Shown: positions 9,696 through 17,445 of the stretch, in pieces
Layout: each line of letters starts with the position of its first letter
How positions within the stretch are numbered: position 1 is the first letter of the stretch
IMG/VR virus record: IMGVR_UViG_3300030325_000005
Span: 1-42,039 of that record
Length of the DNA stretch: 42,039 bases
From: a virus
Lineage: Duplodnaviria; Caudoviricetes
Direction: 5' to 3' (one strand)
Notes under the pieces: model-generated
Database searches by the model: none
Seen by the model: only the letters and a program-made list of their open reading frames with translations
What the model was told of the DNA's origin: nothing
Program-made: the position numbers and the translations under genes

Positions 9696-10139
9696 TCACG
9701 AAAGCACGATGTCGAGCGTGCCCGCCGCAAAACTGGGTGTCACGCCGTTGCTGACCGCCAGAGTTGCCGTCAGATCGCCAATCAGGAACAGGTTGCCCGC
9801 CCCGGATGTCGCCGAACCAAGACCGAACCCGAACAGGGTCGCGCCCGTAGCGCCGCACGTCGGGAAGCCGATGGCGTTGTCGTTGTCGCAGGTATCCCCC
9901 GTGACAGTCCACTGCGTCACGTTGCGCGCTTCGTCTTGCCGCACGTAGTTGGTGTACACCGTCTCGTTCGTGGTCTGGTCGCCAGCCTCGGTATGCCCAG
10001 GGGATACCGTCAACGACATCCAGAACACCCCGGCGGTGGTCGATCCTCTCAGACCTGTGGCATCGCCGACGTTGGCGGCATCCGCGTTGGTCATGATCAG
10101 CCCGAGCAGGCTGGTTTCAAAAGCGTTTGATGCGCTCAT
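9696..10139 (-). CDS. tail-fibre-associated small virion protein
   Basis: MSASNAFETSLL..NADAANVGDATGLRGS..GVTPSFAAGTL, a conserved phage family; AGGAG RBS. Confidence 0.65.
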   Translation of the reverse strand: MSASNAFETSLLGLIMTNADAANVGDATGLRGSTTAGVFWMSLTVSPGHTEAGDQTTNETVYTNYVRQDEARNVTQWTVTGDTCDNDNAIGFPTCGATGATLFGFGLGSATSGAGNLFLIGDLTATLAVSNGVTPSFAAGTLDIVLS

Positions 10140-10152
10140 AGCTGTCTCCTAA

Positions 10153-10416
10153 CTAGTTTTCGGACGTTTCCCCAGTTGCCAGCCGTCGCCCGGCATCCTC
10201 GATATACGCCCGAGCCGCTTGCTTTGTCAATGTGCATGATACCAAAGCCGCATGCGCTGCTAACAGGCTATCCGTTATCGCGCTGTTACGGCTCAGATCC
10301 ACGTCAGGGCGCATGCAGTCCGCCATCGTCTCGGCTGGCGGCGATAGCACTACAGTCCGCGTTACCTCCACCGTCCGCTGACTTCCACAGGCAGTCAATC
10401 CCAGCGCCAATAGCAT
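10153..10416 (-). CDS. o-spanin (Rz1-like lipoprotein)
   Basis: Lipobox LTAC after hydrophobic stretch; overlaps 3' end of i-spanin in another frame; exact start uncertain. Confidence 0.75.
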   Translation of the reverse strand: MLLALGLTACGSQRTVEVTRTVVLSPPAETMADCMRPDVDLSRNSAITDSLLAAHAALVSCTLTKQAARAYIEDAGRRLATGETSEN

Positions 10417-10732
10417 CAACCACAGCAGCCGGCGGGACGGTTTCGGCCCATGGCTGTACGTCTGGCTGGATATATACCTTTCGGACCACGGTGCGCATTT
10501 CGGCGGTTCTCTTGCGTAAGTCATCGCGCTCGGCCTCCAGTAGCTTGCTTGCTGTATCCCGCGCCTTGATATCGGCGTCCAGTTCGTCGATCTTGGCGTT
10601 GGCTTCCCGTACTTTCTGCTCACTCTGCTCGATCTGCTTTTGCAGCCCGCCATTGGCGGCTATCTGCTTGTACAGACCCCAGCCGGATAGGGCGAGCAGG
10701 AGCGCGAGGGCTGCGGCTATTTTAGCGGCCAT
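10304..10732 (-). CDS. i-spanin (Rz-like)
   Basis: N-terminal TM, coiled coil, QPWAETVPP. Confidence 0.78.
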   Translation of the reverse strand: MAAKIAAALALLLALSGWGLYKQIAANGGLQKQIEQSEQKVREANAKIDELDADIKARDTASKLLEAERDDLRKRTAEMRTVVRKVYIQPDVQPWAETVPPAAVVDAIGAGIDCLWKSADGGGNADCSAIAASRDDGGLHAP

Positions 10733-10890
10733 TAAGACTCCCCCCACACGGCATCAAGCACCAATGATGCCACACCTAAACCAATCGCAAACCCCAGCCC
10801 AAACCAGCCGAACCTGGACGATGGGTCGTAAATTACCAAGCCGGCCTCAATGGCTGCGCTTGCAAATATGATAACCGTGGCCTTTGACAT
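10732..10890 (-). CDS. 52-aa membrane protein (not in ORF track)
   Basis: MSKATVIIFASAAIEAGLVIYDPSSRFGWFGLGFAIGLGVASLVLDAVWGES; TAATG coupling at both ends; two hydrophobic segments. Confidence 0.65.
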   Translation of the reverse strand: MSKATVIIFASAAIEAGLVIYDPSSRFGWFGLGFAIGLGVASLVLDAVWGES

Positions 10891-11180
10891 TACTCTATCC
10901 TCGCATCAACATCCGCCATCAGCTCAGCCTGCGTACCATACCGCCGTTCCCACTCAGCCCGGCCAGCATGCAACGCCACACCATATCCGCCAGTCTGATG
11001 ATGGCTGCCGCACAGGGGAAGCACCTTGAAATGCGCGCACGGCTTCGTCTTACCCTCGACATGGTGAATAGCGGCAGGGCTGTACACCCCCAGATCCCGG
11101 CGGCAAACGATGCAGCCTAGGGCAGCGACGGATGCCATGTGCGCCCTCTCGGCGGCTGTAGGCTTGCGACTAGACAGCAT
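10890..11180 (-). CDS. Ref-family recombination enhancement nuclease
   Basis: VAALGCIVC..IHH..VLPLCGSHHQTG..YGTQAEL. Confidence 0.8.
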   Translation of the reverse strand: MLSSRKPTAAERAHMASVAALGCIVCRRDLGVYSPAAIHHVEGKTKPCAHFKVLPLCGSHHQTGGYGVALHAGRAEWERRYGTQAELMADVDARIE

Positions 11181-11742
11181 ATCGCTTAGCATCCTCTTCA
11201 AGCTCAGCATCTCGCTCAATGGGCACATGCTTCCATTTCCTTCTGAGCAAGATTTGAGATACATTCGCCGAGCTAACTCCAAATTTACTGGCAATTAACT
11301 GCACCGTAACACCCGCCATGCGCATTTTAAATATGACAGGTATATCGTCTTCCGTCAGCTTCGAGCTGTGATGTCGTTCACCATGGCATGTTGTTCCATG
11401 TCTGATTTTATCGGCCGCATTAGACAACCTTGTGTCCCATCGAAGATTCGTGATCCTGTTATCCGCGGGCTGCCCATTATCATGACACGCCTCCATATCA
11501 AGAGGGCATGGCCCAATAAATGCGTTGAGCACAAGCTGGTGAACTTTGCGCGCCGTATCCACTCCGTTTTTTGTGAGCGTCACCCTTGGATACCCTCCGT
11601 GAACCAGCGATTGGGTCATAAGGCGCCCGCGCCTGCGCTGCCCCGCAGAATCAAGGCGGTCCACTGATCGCACTCGCCCCAGATCGGATACCTCATAGAT
11701 CCCCTCATAACCAGGTATCGGCATCCAGGCCTCATTTGGCAT
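11170..11742 (-). CDS. NUMOD4-HNH homing endonuclease
   Basis: WMPIPGYEGIYEVSDLGRVRS; VHQLVLNAFIG..ACHDNG..DNRITNLRW; C-terminal HTH. Confidence 0.92.
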   Translation of the reverse strand: MPNEAWMPIPGYEGIYEVSDLGRVRSVDRLDSAGQRRRGRLMTQSLVHGGYPRVTLTKNGVDTARKVHQLVLNAFIGPCPLDMEACHDNGQPADNRITNLRWDTRLSNAADKIRHGTTCHGERHHSSKLTEDDIPVIFKMRMAGVTVQLIASKFGVSSANVSQILLRRKWKHVPIERDAELEEDAKRYAV

Positions 11743-12216
11743 TTATGTTTTCTCCTCAAGTTCAGCGTCGAGATCCGCCCGGATTCTCCACATTCTGTCC
11801 GGGTCGGGAACGTCGTAACCATTCTCAGCGGCCCGGCGCTGAATCCATGCGTAAAAATCAAGCTGTTCGCGCACCGAAATCACGTCACGCTTGCCATCCT
11901 CGCCCCGCGTCGTTGTCCGGATCGGGTATCGATGAATCTGGCCCATGATGTTCTTTTCGCGCCAGCCCCAAAACTCGGCGCACAGAAATTCATGTAAATC
12001 GTTCTTCTCGCTCTCACCGGCCAGTCCCATTTGCGCCATGAGCGCCTTGTACGCGCACCCGAACAAGCTGCGGCGCTGCAAATCACTCCGCTCCGCCTTC
12101 GCTTCCTCGATCGTAACCGTCAACTCTCTACCGGGTAGGAAAGCCGCCAGCAAGCGCCCAAGGCTCTCAATGTCGCCCTCTCGATTGCCCGCTGTTATGG
12201 TGCGCGTTGCCATCAC
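11743..12216 (-). CDS. NinB-like recombination protein
   Basis: VTIEEAKAERSDLQRRSLF..LHEFL..WIQRRAAENG; nin-region context. Confidence 0.6.
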   Translation of the reverse strand: MMATRTITAGNREGDIESLGRLLAAFLPGRELTVTIEEAKAERSDLQRRSLFGCAYKALMAQMGLAGESEKNDLHEFLCAEFWGWREKNIMGQIHRYPIRTTTRGEDGKRDVISVREQLDFYAWIQRRAAENGYDVPDPDRMWRIRADLDAELEEKT

Positions 12217-12380
12217 CGCAGCCGCTCCGCCGGAAACTGACGCGGCTTGAGCTTGCCAATGCGCTTGTACGTTACTTGTACCGTGAAGGCAGGCTTGGTC
12301 GGGACGTGGTTGTAATACAAATCGTCGCGGACATAGTGGCTATTGTCGATAGTCTCGGGCAGCGGCGCGGGATCATTCAT
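12213..12380 (-). CDS. 55-aa hypothetical protein (not in ORF track)
   Basis: MNDPAPLPETIDNSHY...PAERLR; coupled at both ends. Confidence 0.55.
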   Translation of the reverse strand: MNDPAPLPETIDNSHYVRDDLYYNHVPTKPAFTVQVTYKRIGKLKPRQFPAERLR

Positions 12381-12523
12381 TTCAGCAACTCCCTCCGTAT
12401 TAGCGCGGCAGCCTGCACCCGGACAAGTCTATACGATGCGCCATTAGCGGCGATCACCAGCCAGCCCAGCACCGTAACGGTACCCAGCAGGGCGTAACGT
12501 GCGATCGGTTTGAGTTTACTCAT
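12377..12523 (-). CDS. 48-aa single-TM protein (not in ORF track)
   Basis: MSKLKPIARYALLGTVTVLGWLVIAA..; GGAG RBS; ATGA coupling. Confidence 0.55.
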   Translation of the reverse strand: MSKLKPIARYALLGTVTVLGWLVIAANGASYRLVRVQAAALIRRELLK

Positions 12524-12559
12524 TTCACTCTCCAGTCTGCACCACGGCGCCTAAAATAC

Positions 12560-13171
12560 GTTGTGCGTCACGTTCCCACCTTTTCGGTTGTTCCATCCCA
12601 CGTAAATCCCCCATCCGCACCGACCGGAAAGTGAGCGCGACAGTCGGCGCAGAACGTCCCACTGTAGAAATTAATGTCTCGCGCCCAAGTCTCAGCCAAT
12701 GCCAAGCCCATCGTTGTCACCGCGCCGCACTTTTCATGCACGTAGGAGCGCCGCACTGGCCGCACAAAGCCCTTTGCCCGCTCTTCGGCAGAGAGTACAA
12801 CGTAACCCTTCTGCATCCCGCTGGCTGGATTAATCTCTCGGTGGTCTGCCGTCACTGGCGCACCATCGGTCAAGGTAGTTTTGCTCATTGTATCCCTCCT
12901 GTTCTTACTGCTTCTGTGTTCGCGGCTCGCACCACGGCTTCCATTGCTTCCACGTTCTCCGTCTTGACGGTCAAGATCAATGTCTCGGCGGTGAGTCCAG
13001 GACATTTCTCAAATTTGTAGCCCGCTTCAGAGAGGTGGCGCTCGAAGATTGATAGCTTCCAATCGTCTATTGCTATCGCTGCTTTCAACATCATATTGTT
13101 CCTTTCTGGGCTGGTGACGCACAACCCGCCGCTCAAGTGGGACGCTTCGCCTGTCGGCTCCACGTCCGGGA
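12560..13171 (+). mobile_element. integron-cassette-like unit with antisense ORFs
   Basis: Starts GTTGTGCGTCAC (12560-12571); exact inverse GTGACGCACAAC (13114-13125) is followed by an attC-type left arm CCGCCGCTCAAGTGGGAC. Confidence 0.55.
12568..12888 (-). CDS. conserved hypothetical Zn-binding protein
   Basis: YVVLSAEERAKGFVRPVRRSYVHEKCG..FCADC; AGGAGG RBS. Confidence 0.75.
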   Translation of the reverse strand: MSKTTLTDGAPVTADHREINPASGMQKGYVVLSAEERAKGFVRPVRRSYVHEKCGAVTTMGLALAETWARDINFYSGTFCADCRAHFPVGADGGFTWDGTTEKVGT

Positions 13172-14030
13172 ATAGATCATCCGGTAGCGCCGGGCAGTCT
13201 GTAGCTTTATCCGCGGTGCATGAATGCCCACTACCGGGGCCGCTCTGGTCACTCCATCGGCAATCGAGACACATTTCTCCGCCATCCGCATACCGTTCAA
13301 CAAAATCCCACGCTTCCGATTTTTCCATATCACCCTTTCTGCCGCGCGACAGTGCCGTAAGTATCTGCCGTCCTAAAAACTCAGTGTATGCGGGCGGTAT
13401 TGCCTGAGAAAGTTCGTTCCCGCTCATCCAATCCACTCCCATCGCATCGGGGCCGCAATACACCCCAACGTCCCCGGTGATCGTGATAAACCCGCCGTTG
13501 TCCCAGTGTTTACGCCGGTTCTCGCCGCGCCTATTCACCCGCACCTTGTGCGTAGGGTGCGGCGGCACCAGCAGGGTAACGCTGCTTTCAAACAACCGGT
13601 GCCTGTAGCTGCGTAGCCCGAACATCGCACCGCACAGGGTTATCGGGTCGCGCAGCGGTGCGCCTGGCACATTCTCGATAATCCAGGGCACCCCTGAGGC
13701 TTGTAGCCGTTCTCGCACCGCATCCACTAAGTCGGGGTAGTGGCTTAGGTCTTCGCGCCCGCCGAGCACCGTGTAGGCTTGGCATGGTGGGCTGGCGTGA
13801 ATCGCGTCAAACCCGGACAGATCGAACGTCATGGCATCGGCTTGGCGAAACTCGAACGGATACCGCAGCTGCGGGTTTATATCCACGCCAACCACGTCGA
13901 AGCCGGCCATTGCGTAACCCGTCGCCGCGCCGCCAGCGCAGCAAAACAGGTCGAGCAAGCGCGGCCTAACACGGCGGTCAACACGGTCGCCTGCCAGCGG
14001 CGCTTCGCTTGGCGCAGTCAATACCGCCAT
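12885..14030 (-). CDS. C5-cytosine DNA methyltransferase read in frame into two further small modules (internal starts 13328, 13094)
   Basis: LLDLFCCAGG, ASPPCQ, IIENV, RHRLFE, LSQAIPPAYTEF; no stop after the MTase domain; internal RBS+ATG. Confidence 0.85.
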   Translation of the reverse strand: MAVLTAPSEAPLAGDRVDRRVRPRLLDLFCCAGGAATGYAMAGFDVVGVDINPQLRYPFEFRQADAMTFDLSGFDAIHASPPCQAYTVLGGREDLSHYPDLVDAVRERLQASGVPWIIENVPGAPLRDPITLCGAMFGLRSYRHRLFESSVTLLVPPHPTHKVRVNRRGENRRKHWDNGGFITITGDVGVYCGPDAMGVDWMSGNELSQAIPPAYTEFLGRQILTALSRGRKGDMEKSEAWDFVERYADGGEMCLDCRWSDQSGPGSGHSCTADKATDCPALPDDLFPDVEPTGEASHLSGGLCVTSPERNNMMLKAAIAIDDWKLSIFERHLSEAGYKFEKCPGLTAETLILTVKTENVEAMEAVVRAANTEAVRTGGIQ

Positions 14031-14082
14031 CGACTTCTCCTCATCTCCGAAAATTGGTGGCCCGCTGATTTCTGCGTTAGAC
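13964..14082 (+). repeat. attC-like site (119 bp)
   Basis: GCCTAAC-ACGGC-GGTCAACACGG ... CCGCTGATT-TCTGC-GTTAGAC; matches RYYYAAC/GTTRRRY; inner arms pair imperfectly. Confidence 0.55.
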
Positions 14083-14325
14083 CTCGCCAACCTTCGCCAG
14101 CAGATCAAGGTACGCGTCCGCCAGCTTCTCGTATTCCTCGCGCGCATCGCCCAAATTATCCCAGGTGTCTACATATTTACACCCATAGGCGTAATACTCG
14201 CGTATGAAGTTGTCGCTCTTTTCTTGCGTATCGTCGGGATATTCCGCACGAATCTGTGCAATCCATTCGTCATTGGTAAGCGTTGGGAACCACCAAGGCT
14301 TCTCACTCATTGCATCCTGGGTCAT
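14077..14325 (-). CDS. hypothetical protein
   Basis: 82 aa, acidic; stop TAA lies in the attC-like core. Confidence 0.65.
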   Translation of the reverse strand: MTQDAMSEKPWWFPTLTNDEWIAQIRAEYPDDTQEKSDNFIREYYAYGCKYVDTWDNLGDAREEYEKLADAYLDLLAKVGEV

Positions 14326-14726
14326 GGTGTAGTTCGCTCCGTGGTGGTTGTGGTGCCTGGTTGCGGCTCGGCTATCGGACGGTCAGAGTTGAGTGCCGCC
14401 GTGCGTTCCTTCGATGCCGTGTTGCCCCGGAATACCGAACCGGCCACGAACCCGGTCATCATCGCAGCGAATGTCCCTGCCGACTCGATATATTGCTCGG
14501 TCAGTGCGAGATACCAACACAGCCACGACCCGATAAAAAAGCAGCCGACATAGGTGAGCGACGGGGAATAAGCTTTGCCGTCCGCGTCGGAAATCAGATC
14601 AACCAGCCGGAATGTGCTGGCGTCCCTGTCGAGTCGAAGGAGGTACGCGCCGCCGATTGCTATCAGCGCCACGAACACCCACCCGGCCCAGTCCACCAAC
14701 GCAAGTGTGTCAGCTAACGCCGACAT
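14322..14726 (-). CDS. putative holin (3 TM)
   Basis: Three hydrophobic segments, hydrophilic C-terminal tail. Confidence 0.55.
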   Translation of the reverse strand: MSALADTLALVDWAGWVFVALIAIGGAYLLRLDRDASTFRLVDLISDADGKAYSPSLTYVGCFFIGSWLCWYLALTEQYIESAGTFAAMMTGFVAGSVFRGNTASKERTAALNSDRPIAEPQPGTTTTTERTTP

Positions 14727-14941
14727 TATTTGTTACCTCGCGGTGCAGCATTCCACGCCTCGCGCGCCCTGCGCATGATTTCCTCGGAGCCGTGTGGTTC
14801 GTAGTCCGTGCGGAACGCAACACCCCACACGCCACAGCAGTACCCGTTGACGATAGACCATCTGTCGCCTGCCCCTGTTGCCTCAACGCACAGCTTTTCC
14901 GGGACATCCCCGCAAGGGCACACAGCAAGATCATCCGGCAT
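14726..14941 (-). CDS. Lar-like Zn-ribbon protein
   Basis: LAVCPCG..CCG..AREAWN. Confidence 0.5.
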   Translation of the reverse strand: MPDDLAVCPCGDVPEKLCVEATGAGDRWSIVNGYCCGVWGVAFRTDYEPHGSEEIMRRAREAWNAAPRGNK

Positions 14942-15263
14942 TTTCTACCTCCAACAGATCAACCGTTTGTCCGGCCAACTCGTGCGAGCAGTCGGCCAGG
15001 AATTGCGCCTTACCATCGTTGATCCACGAATGGCACCGAAAATGGGAGCGCGTGGTCAGCACGCTCGGCATCAGGGTCGGTGCGTCCGTACTCCCGTTCC
15101 ACGTCCAACACCGGGTCCCCTCGCGCCGCCCCTTGGTAATCACCGGCAGCGTCAGAATGCCCGTGGGGCCTGGAATGTTCAGGGTTACATGCGTGGCGTC
15201 GTCCGCCGAGCACTCCTGGTAGCATCGCTCGTCATAAATCAGTTTTACTGGTTTTGCTTTCAT
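14931..15263 (-). CDS. DUF6527-like protein
   Basis: WTWNGSTDAPTLMPSV..CHSWINDG..FLADCSHELAGQTVDL. Confidence 0.7.
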   Translation of the reverse strand: MKAKPVKLIYDERCYQECSADDATHVTLNIPGPTGILTLPVITKGRREGTRCWTWNGSTDAPTLMPSVLTTRSHFRCHSWINDGKAQFLADCSHELAGQTVDLLEVENAG

Positions 15264-15448
15264 GGTTGCGCCCTGTCACTCCTCAATCTACCCTCAACCC
15301 ACTGCCACGCATCCAGCAGATGGTGGAACGGCTCGCCCAACCGCTGCCGGCGCTGATAGAACCTGACTTTCTCGGCAGCAATCGTGTGCATCTCAGGGCG
15401 GGATAGGCCGACGTACAGGTGCTTCTCAATGCGCACGGACTTATCCAC
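15260..15448 (-). CDS. hypothetical protein
   Basis: 62 aa, coupled at both ends. Confidence 0.55.
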   Translation of the reverse strand: MDKSVRIEKHLYVGLSRPEMHTIAAEKVRFYQRRQRLGEPFHHLLDAWQWVEGRLRSDRAQP

Positions 15449-15765
15449 TAGCCCTCACCCTTGAACTCAATGCCGTGGTCAGACATGACCGACGCCATAT
15501 CTTCTCCGGCCCTGATCCTGTCGGCTATCGCGTCGAACATATTAGCCGGCCCACCGAGCGGGTTTGGCACGAAATACGCGTGCGCTTTTCGCAACCCCTT
15601 CGCCACCTCGCGCAGGTCATCGTGATCCCGCCGAGCATCGAGATCGTCGTGTTTCGGCCATTGATTATTTACCTGGTGCGCGATCTTTATCGCATGCGCA
15701 GCCCTATCCAACAGGCTGGCGGAACGCTCCAGCAGATAAAGCAGGCCAGCGCCCATCACAACCAC
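15448..15765 (-). CDS. hypothetical protein
   Basis: 105 aa, PNPLGGPANMFDAIADRIRAGE; coupled. Confidence 0.6.
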   Translation of the reverse strand: MVVMGAGLLYLLERSASLLDRAAHAIKIAHQVNNQWPKHDDLDARRDHDDLREVAKGLRKAHAYFVPNPLGGPANMFDAIADRIRAGEDMASVMSDHGIEFKGEG

Positions 15766-16736
15766 CCGTCAATCAGCCGATTCAAATCGTCACCCGTCAC
15801 CCACGACACACCATGCCCGAGCCGCGGCAGGCACCACCTATCGCTACTCTTGCGCACCAGCCTCTCGCTTGTCCCGGCCTCCGTACAGAACGCCGCCAGG
15901 GTGCCGTGCTGGGCCTGATACTGCGGCAGGTAGGTGTTGCGCATGTACGGACTCAGCACCCCCATCGGGTGCGCGAACAGAGCGGGCCATACCCCCGTGC
16001 GGCTGTAAATCGCCTGCGCCGATTGCTCGACCGCGAGCGATGCTGCGGCATAGTTTGTCCAGCGCAGCGGGTTATCCTCGCCCCTCCAGCGGTTATCCGC
16101 ATGGCCGGACGCCGGCAGCGTTGCCCCGATATCATCATCAACCAGTGGGTGCGTTATGGACTGGTGGTCGTGGTCGATCGAATGATTGCCGATATCGAAC
16201 AGGTAATGCCTCTCGGCGCTCTGCCACCAGTTATCACCGAAATAGTCGGGCTGGATTCCCTGCCGCACAACCCGCGAGGCGATGACGAAAAACGTCACCG
16301 GGATATTGCCGTCGCCCTCGGCAATGCCGCGCACAGACGGCAGATCGGCACAAGGGTAGCTTGGGTATCGCACGCGGGATGGGATGCCGGACAACCAGTC
16401 GCGGTCGAATCCGTCGTCGAAGCTGATCGCTGCCACGCGCTCCGGTAGGCTTGATCCGTCCACAAGGCCAAGCCGCCACTTAACAATTTCAAGCACTGGT
16501 TGCAGTACATAGCCTCTGCTCCTGAGAATTCTGATATCGCGCTCGAACGCCAGCACGTCGGTATCGTTTGCATCGCAGTTCGGCCCCGCAGTGCGTGAGT
16601 GATAGAGCAATACCGGGACCGCGCTGTTATCGTCCAATGCCTCAACCTCGGGTGCGAGAATCAGCAGCAGCGCGAGCATGACCGCAACCAGTGTCCAGTC
16701 GATGATAGTGCGAAGATCGCCCGGCTGGAGTTTCAT
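15756..16736 (-). CDS. exported polysaccharide deacetylase (CE4/NodB)
   Basis: PVLLYH, ISFDDG, TFFVI, IGNHSIDH, FAHPMG, LPR; signal peptide ending VEA. Confidence 0.85.
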   Translation of the reverse strand: MKLQPGDLRTIIDWTLVAVMLALLLILAPEVEALDDNSAVPVLLYHSRTAGPNCDANDTDVLAFERDIRILRSRGYVLQPVLEIVKWRLGLVDGSSLPERVAAISFDDGFDRDWLSGIPSRVRYPSYPCADLPSVRGIAEGDGNIPVTFFVIASRVVRQGIQPDYFGDNWWQSAERHYLFDIGNHSIDHDHQSITHPLVDDDIGATLPASGHADNRWRGEDNPLRWTNYAAASLAVEQSAQAIYSRTGVWPALFAHPMGVLSPYMRNTYLPQYQAQHGTLAAFCTEAGTSERLVRKSSDRWCLPRLGHGVSWVTGDDLNRLIDGWL

Positions 16737-16933
16737 TCGCTGAACCCTTGCAGTTCAGTATATGCTACAATCATCTCCGCAAGATCTCCAGATGCCGCCG
16801 CTTTTTCCGCTCGGCGTAACGATTGCCGCATCATCGTCGCAGCAAAAACACCGGTAGGGATCGTGGCGTAAATCTCCAACAACTCACGTACTCGCTGCTG
16901 CTCTTTCGGTAATGCTTCTGCTAGGTTTTCCAC
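16733..16933 (-). CDS. conserved phage hypothetical protein
   Basis: LAEALPKEQQRVRELL..; coupled. Confidence 0.7.
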   Translation of the reverse strand: MENLAEALPKEQQRVRELLEIYATIPTGVFAATMMRQSLRRAEKAAASGDLAEMIVAYTELQGFSE

Positions 16934-16936
16934 TCG

Positions 16937-17212
16937 TCATTCCTCCGCGCTGAATTTGATAGCTTCCAGCTTCGCAATACTTTTATTGAGCGACGCGACC
17001 TTGTTCTTGCGCATTTCTTCTGCGCGAGCAAGTGCGGCCTCCGGCGTGCGGTGCCAGTCATTGCCGTGTACAACATCGTACCAGCCACGATCCTTTGCAG
17101 GGTAAGAAAACATGGCGCTGCTCGTTTCGTGGCGGACCGATCCGATGACCTTCTGTATCCCCGTAGTCAGCGCGTACTTGGTCGCCCATGCGGTAATATT
17201 TTCGTTTTTCAT
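16937..17212 (-). CDS. conserved phage hypothetical protein
   Basis: TKYALTTGI..DWHRTPEAALARAEEMR. Confidence 0.72.
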   Translation of the reverse strand: MKNENITAWATKYALTTGIQKVIGSVRHETSSAMFSYPAKDRGWYDVVHGNDWHRTPEAALARAEEMRKNKVASLNKSIAKLEAIKFSAEE

Positions 17213-17430
17213 ACGTGCGGCTCATCAGCGAACGCCTTTAACACCTTGATAAACTCCTTAACGCTCCCTCTGTTTATAAGGATTTCAGCATCACCGCTCC
17301 GCAACGAAATAACATTATCGGCGTATGTGCGTAGCTCAATTGCAGCCTCTGCGACCCCATCTACTGGGTTAGATTGCCAGAGAACGGCATGTCTATATCC
17401 GCCGCATAAGGTATTCATGCTAATAGCCAT
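17209..17430 (-). CDS. hypothetical protein
   Basis: 73 aa, AGGAG RBS. Confidence 0.6.
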   Translation of the reverse strand: MAISMNTLCGGYRHAVLWQSNPVDGVAEAAIELRTYADNVISLRSGDAEILINRGSVKEFIKVLKAFADEPHV

Positions 17431-17445
17431 ATTGTCTCCTGAAGT

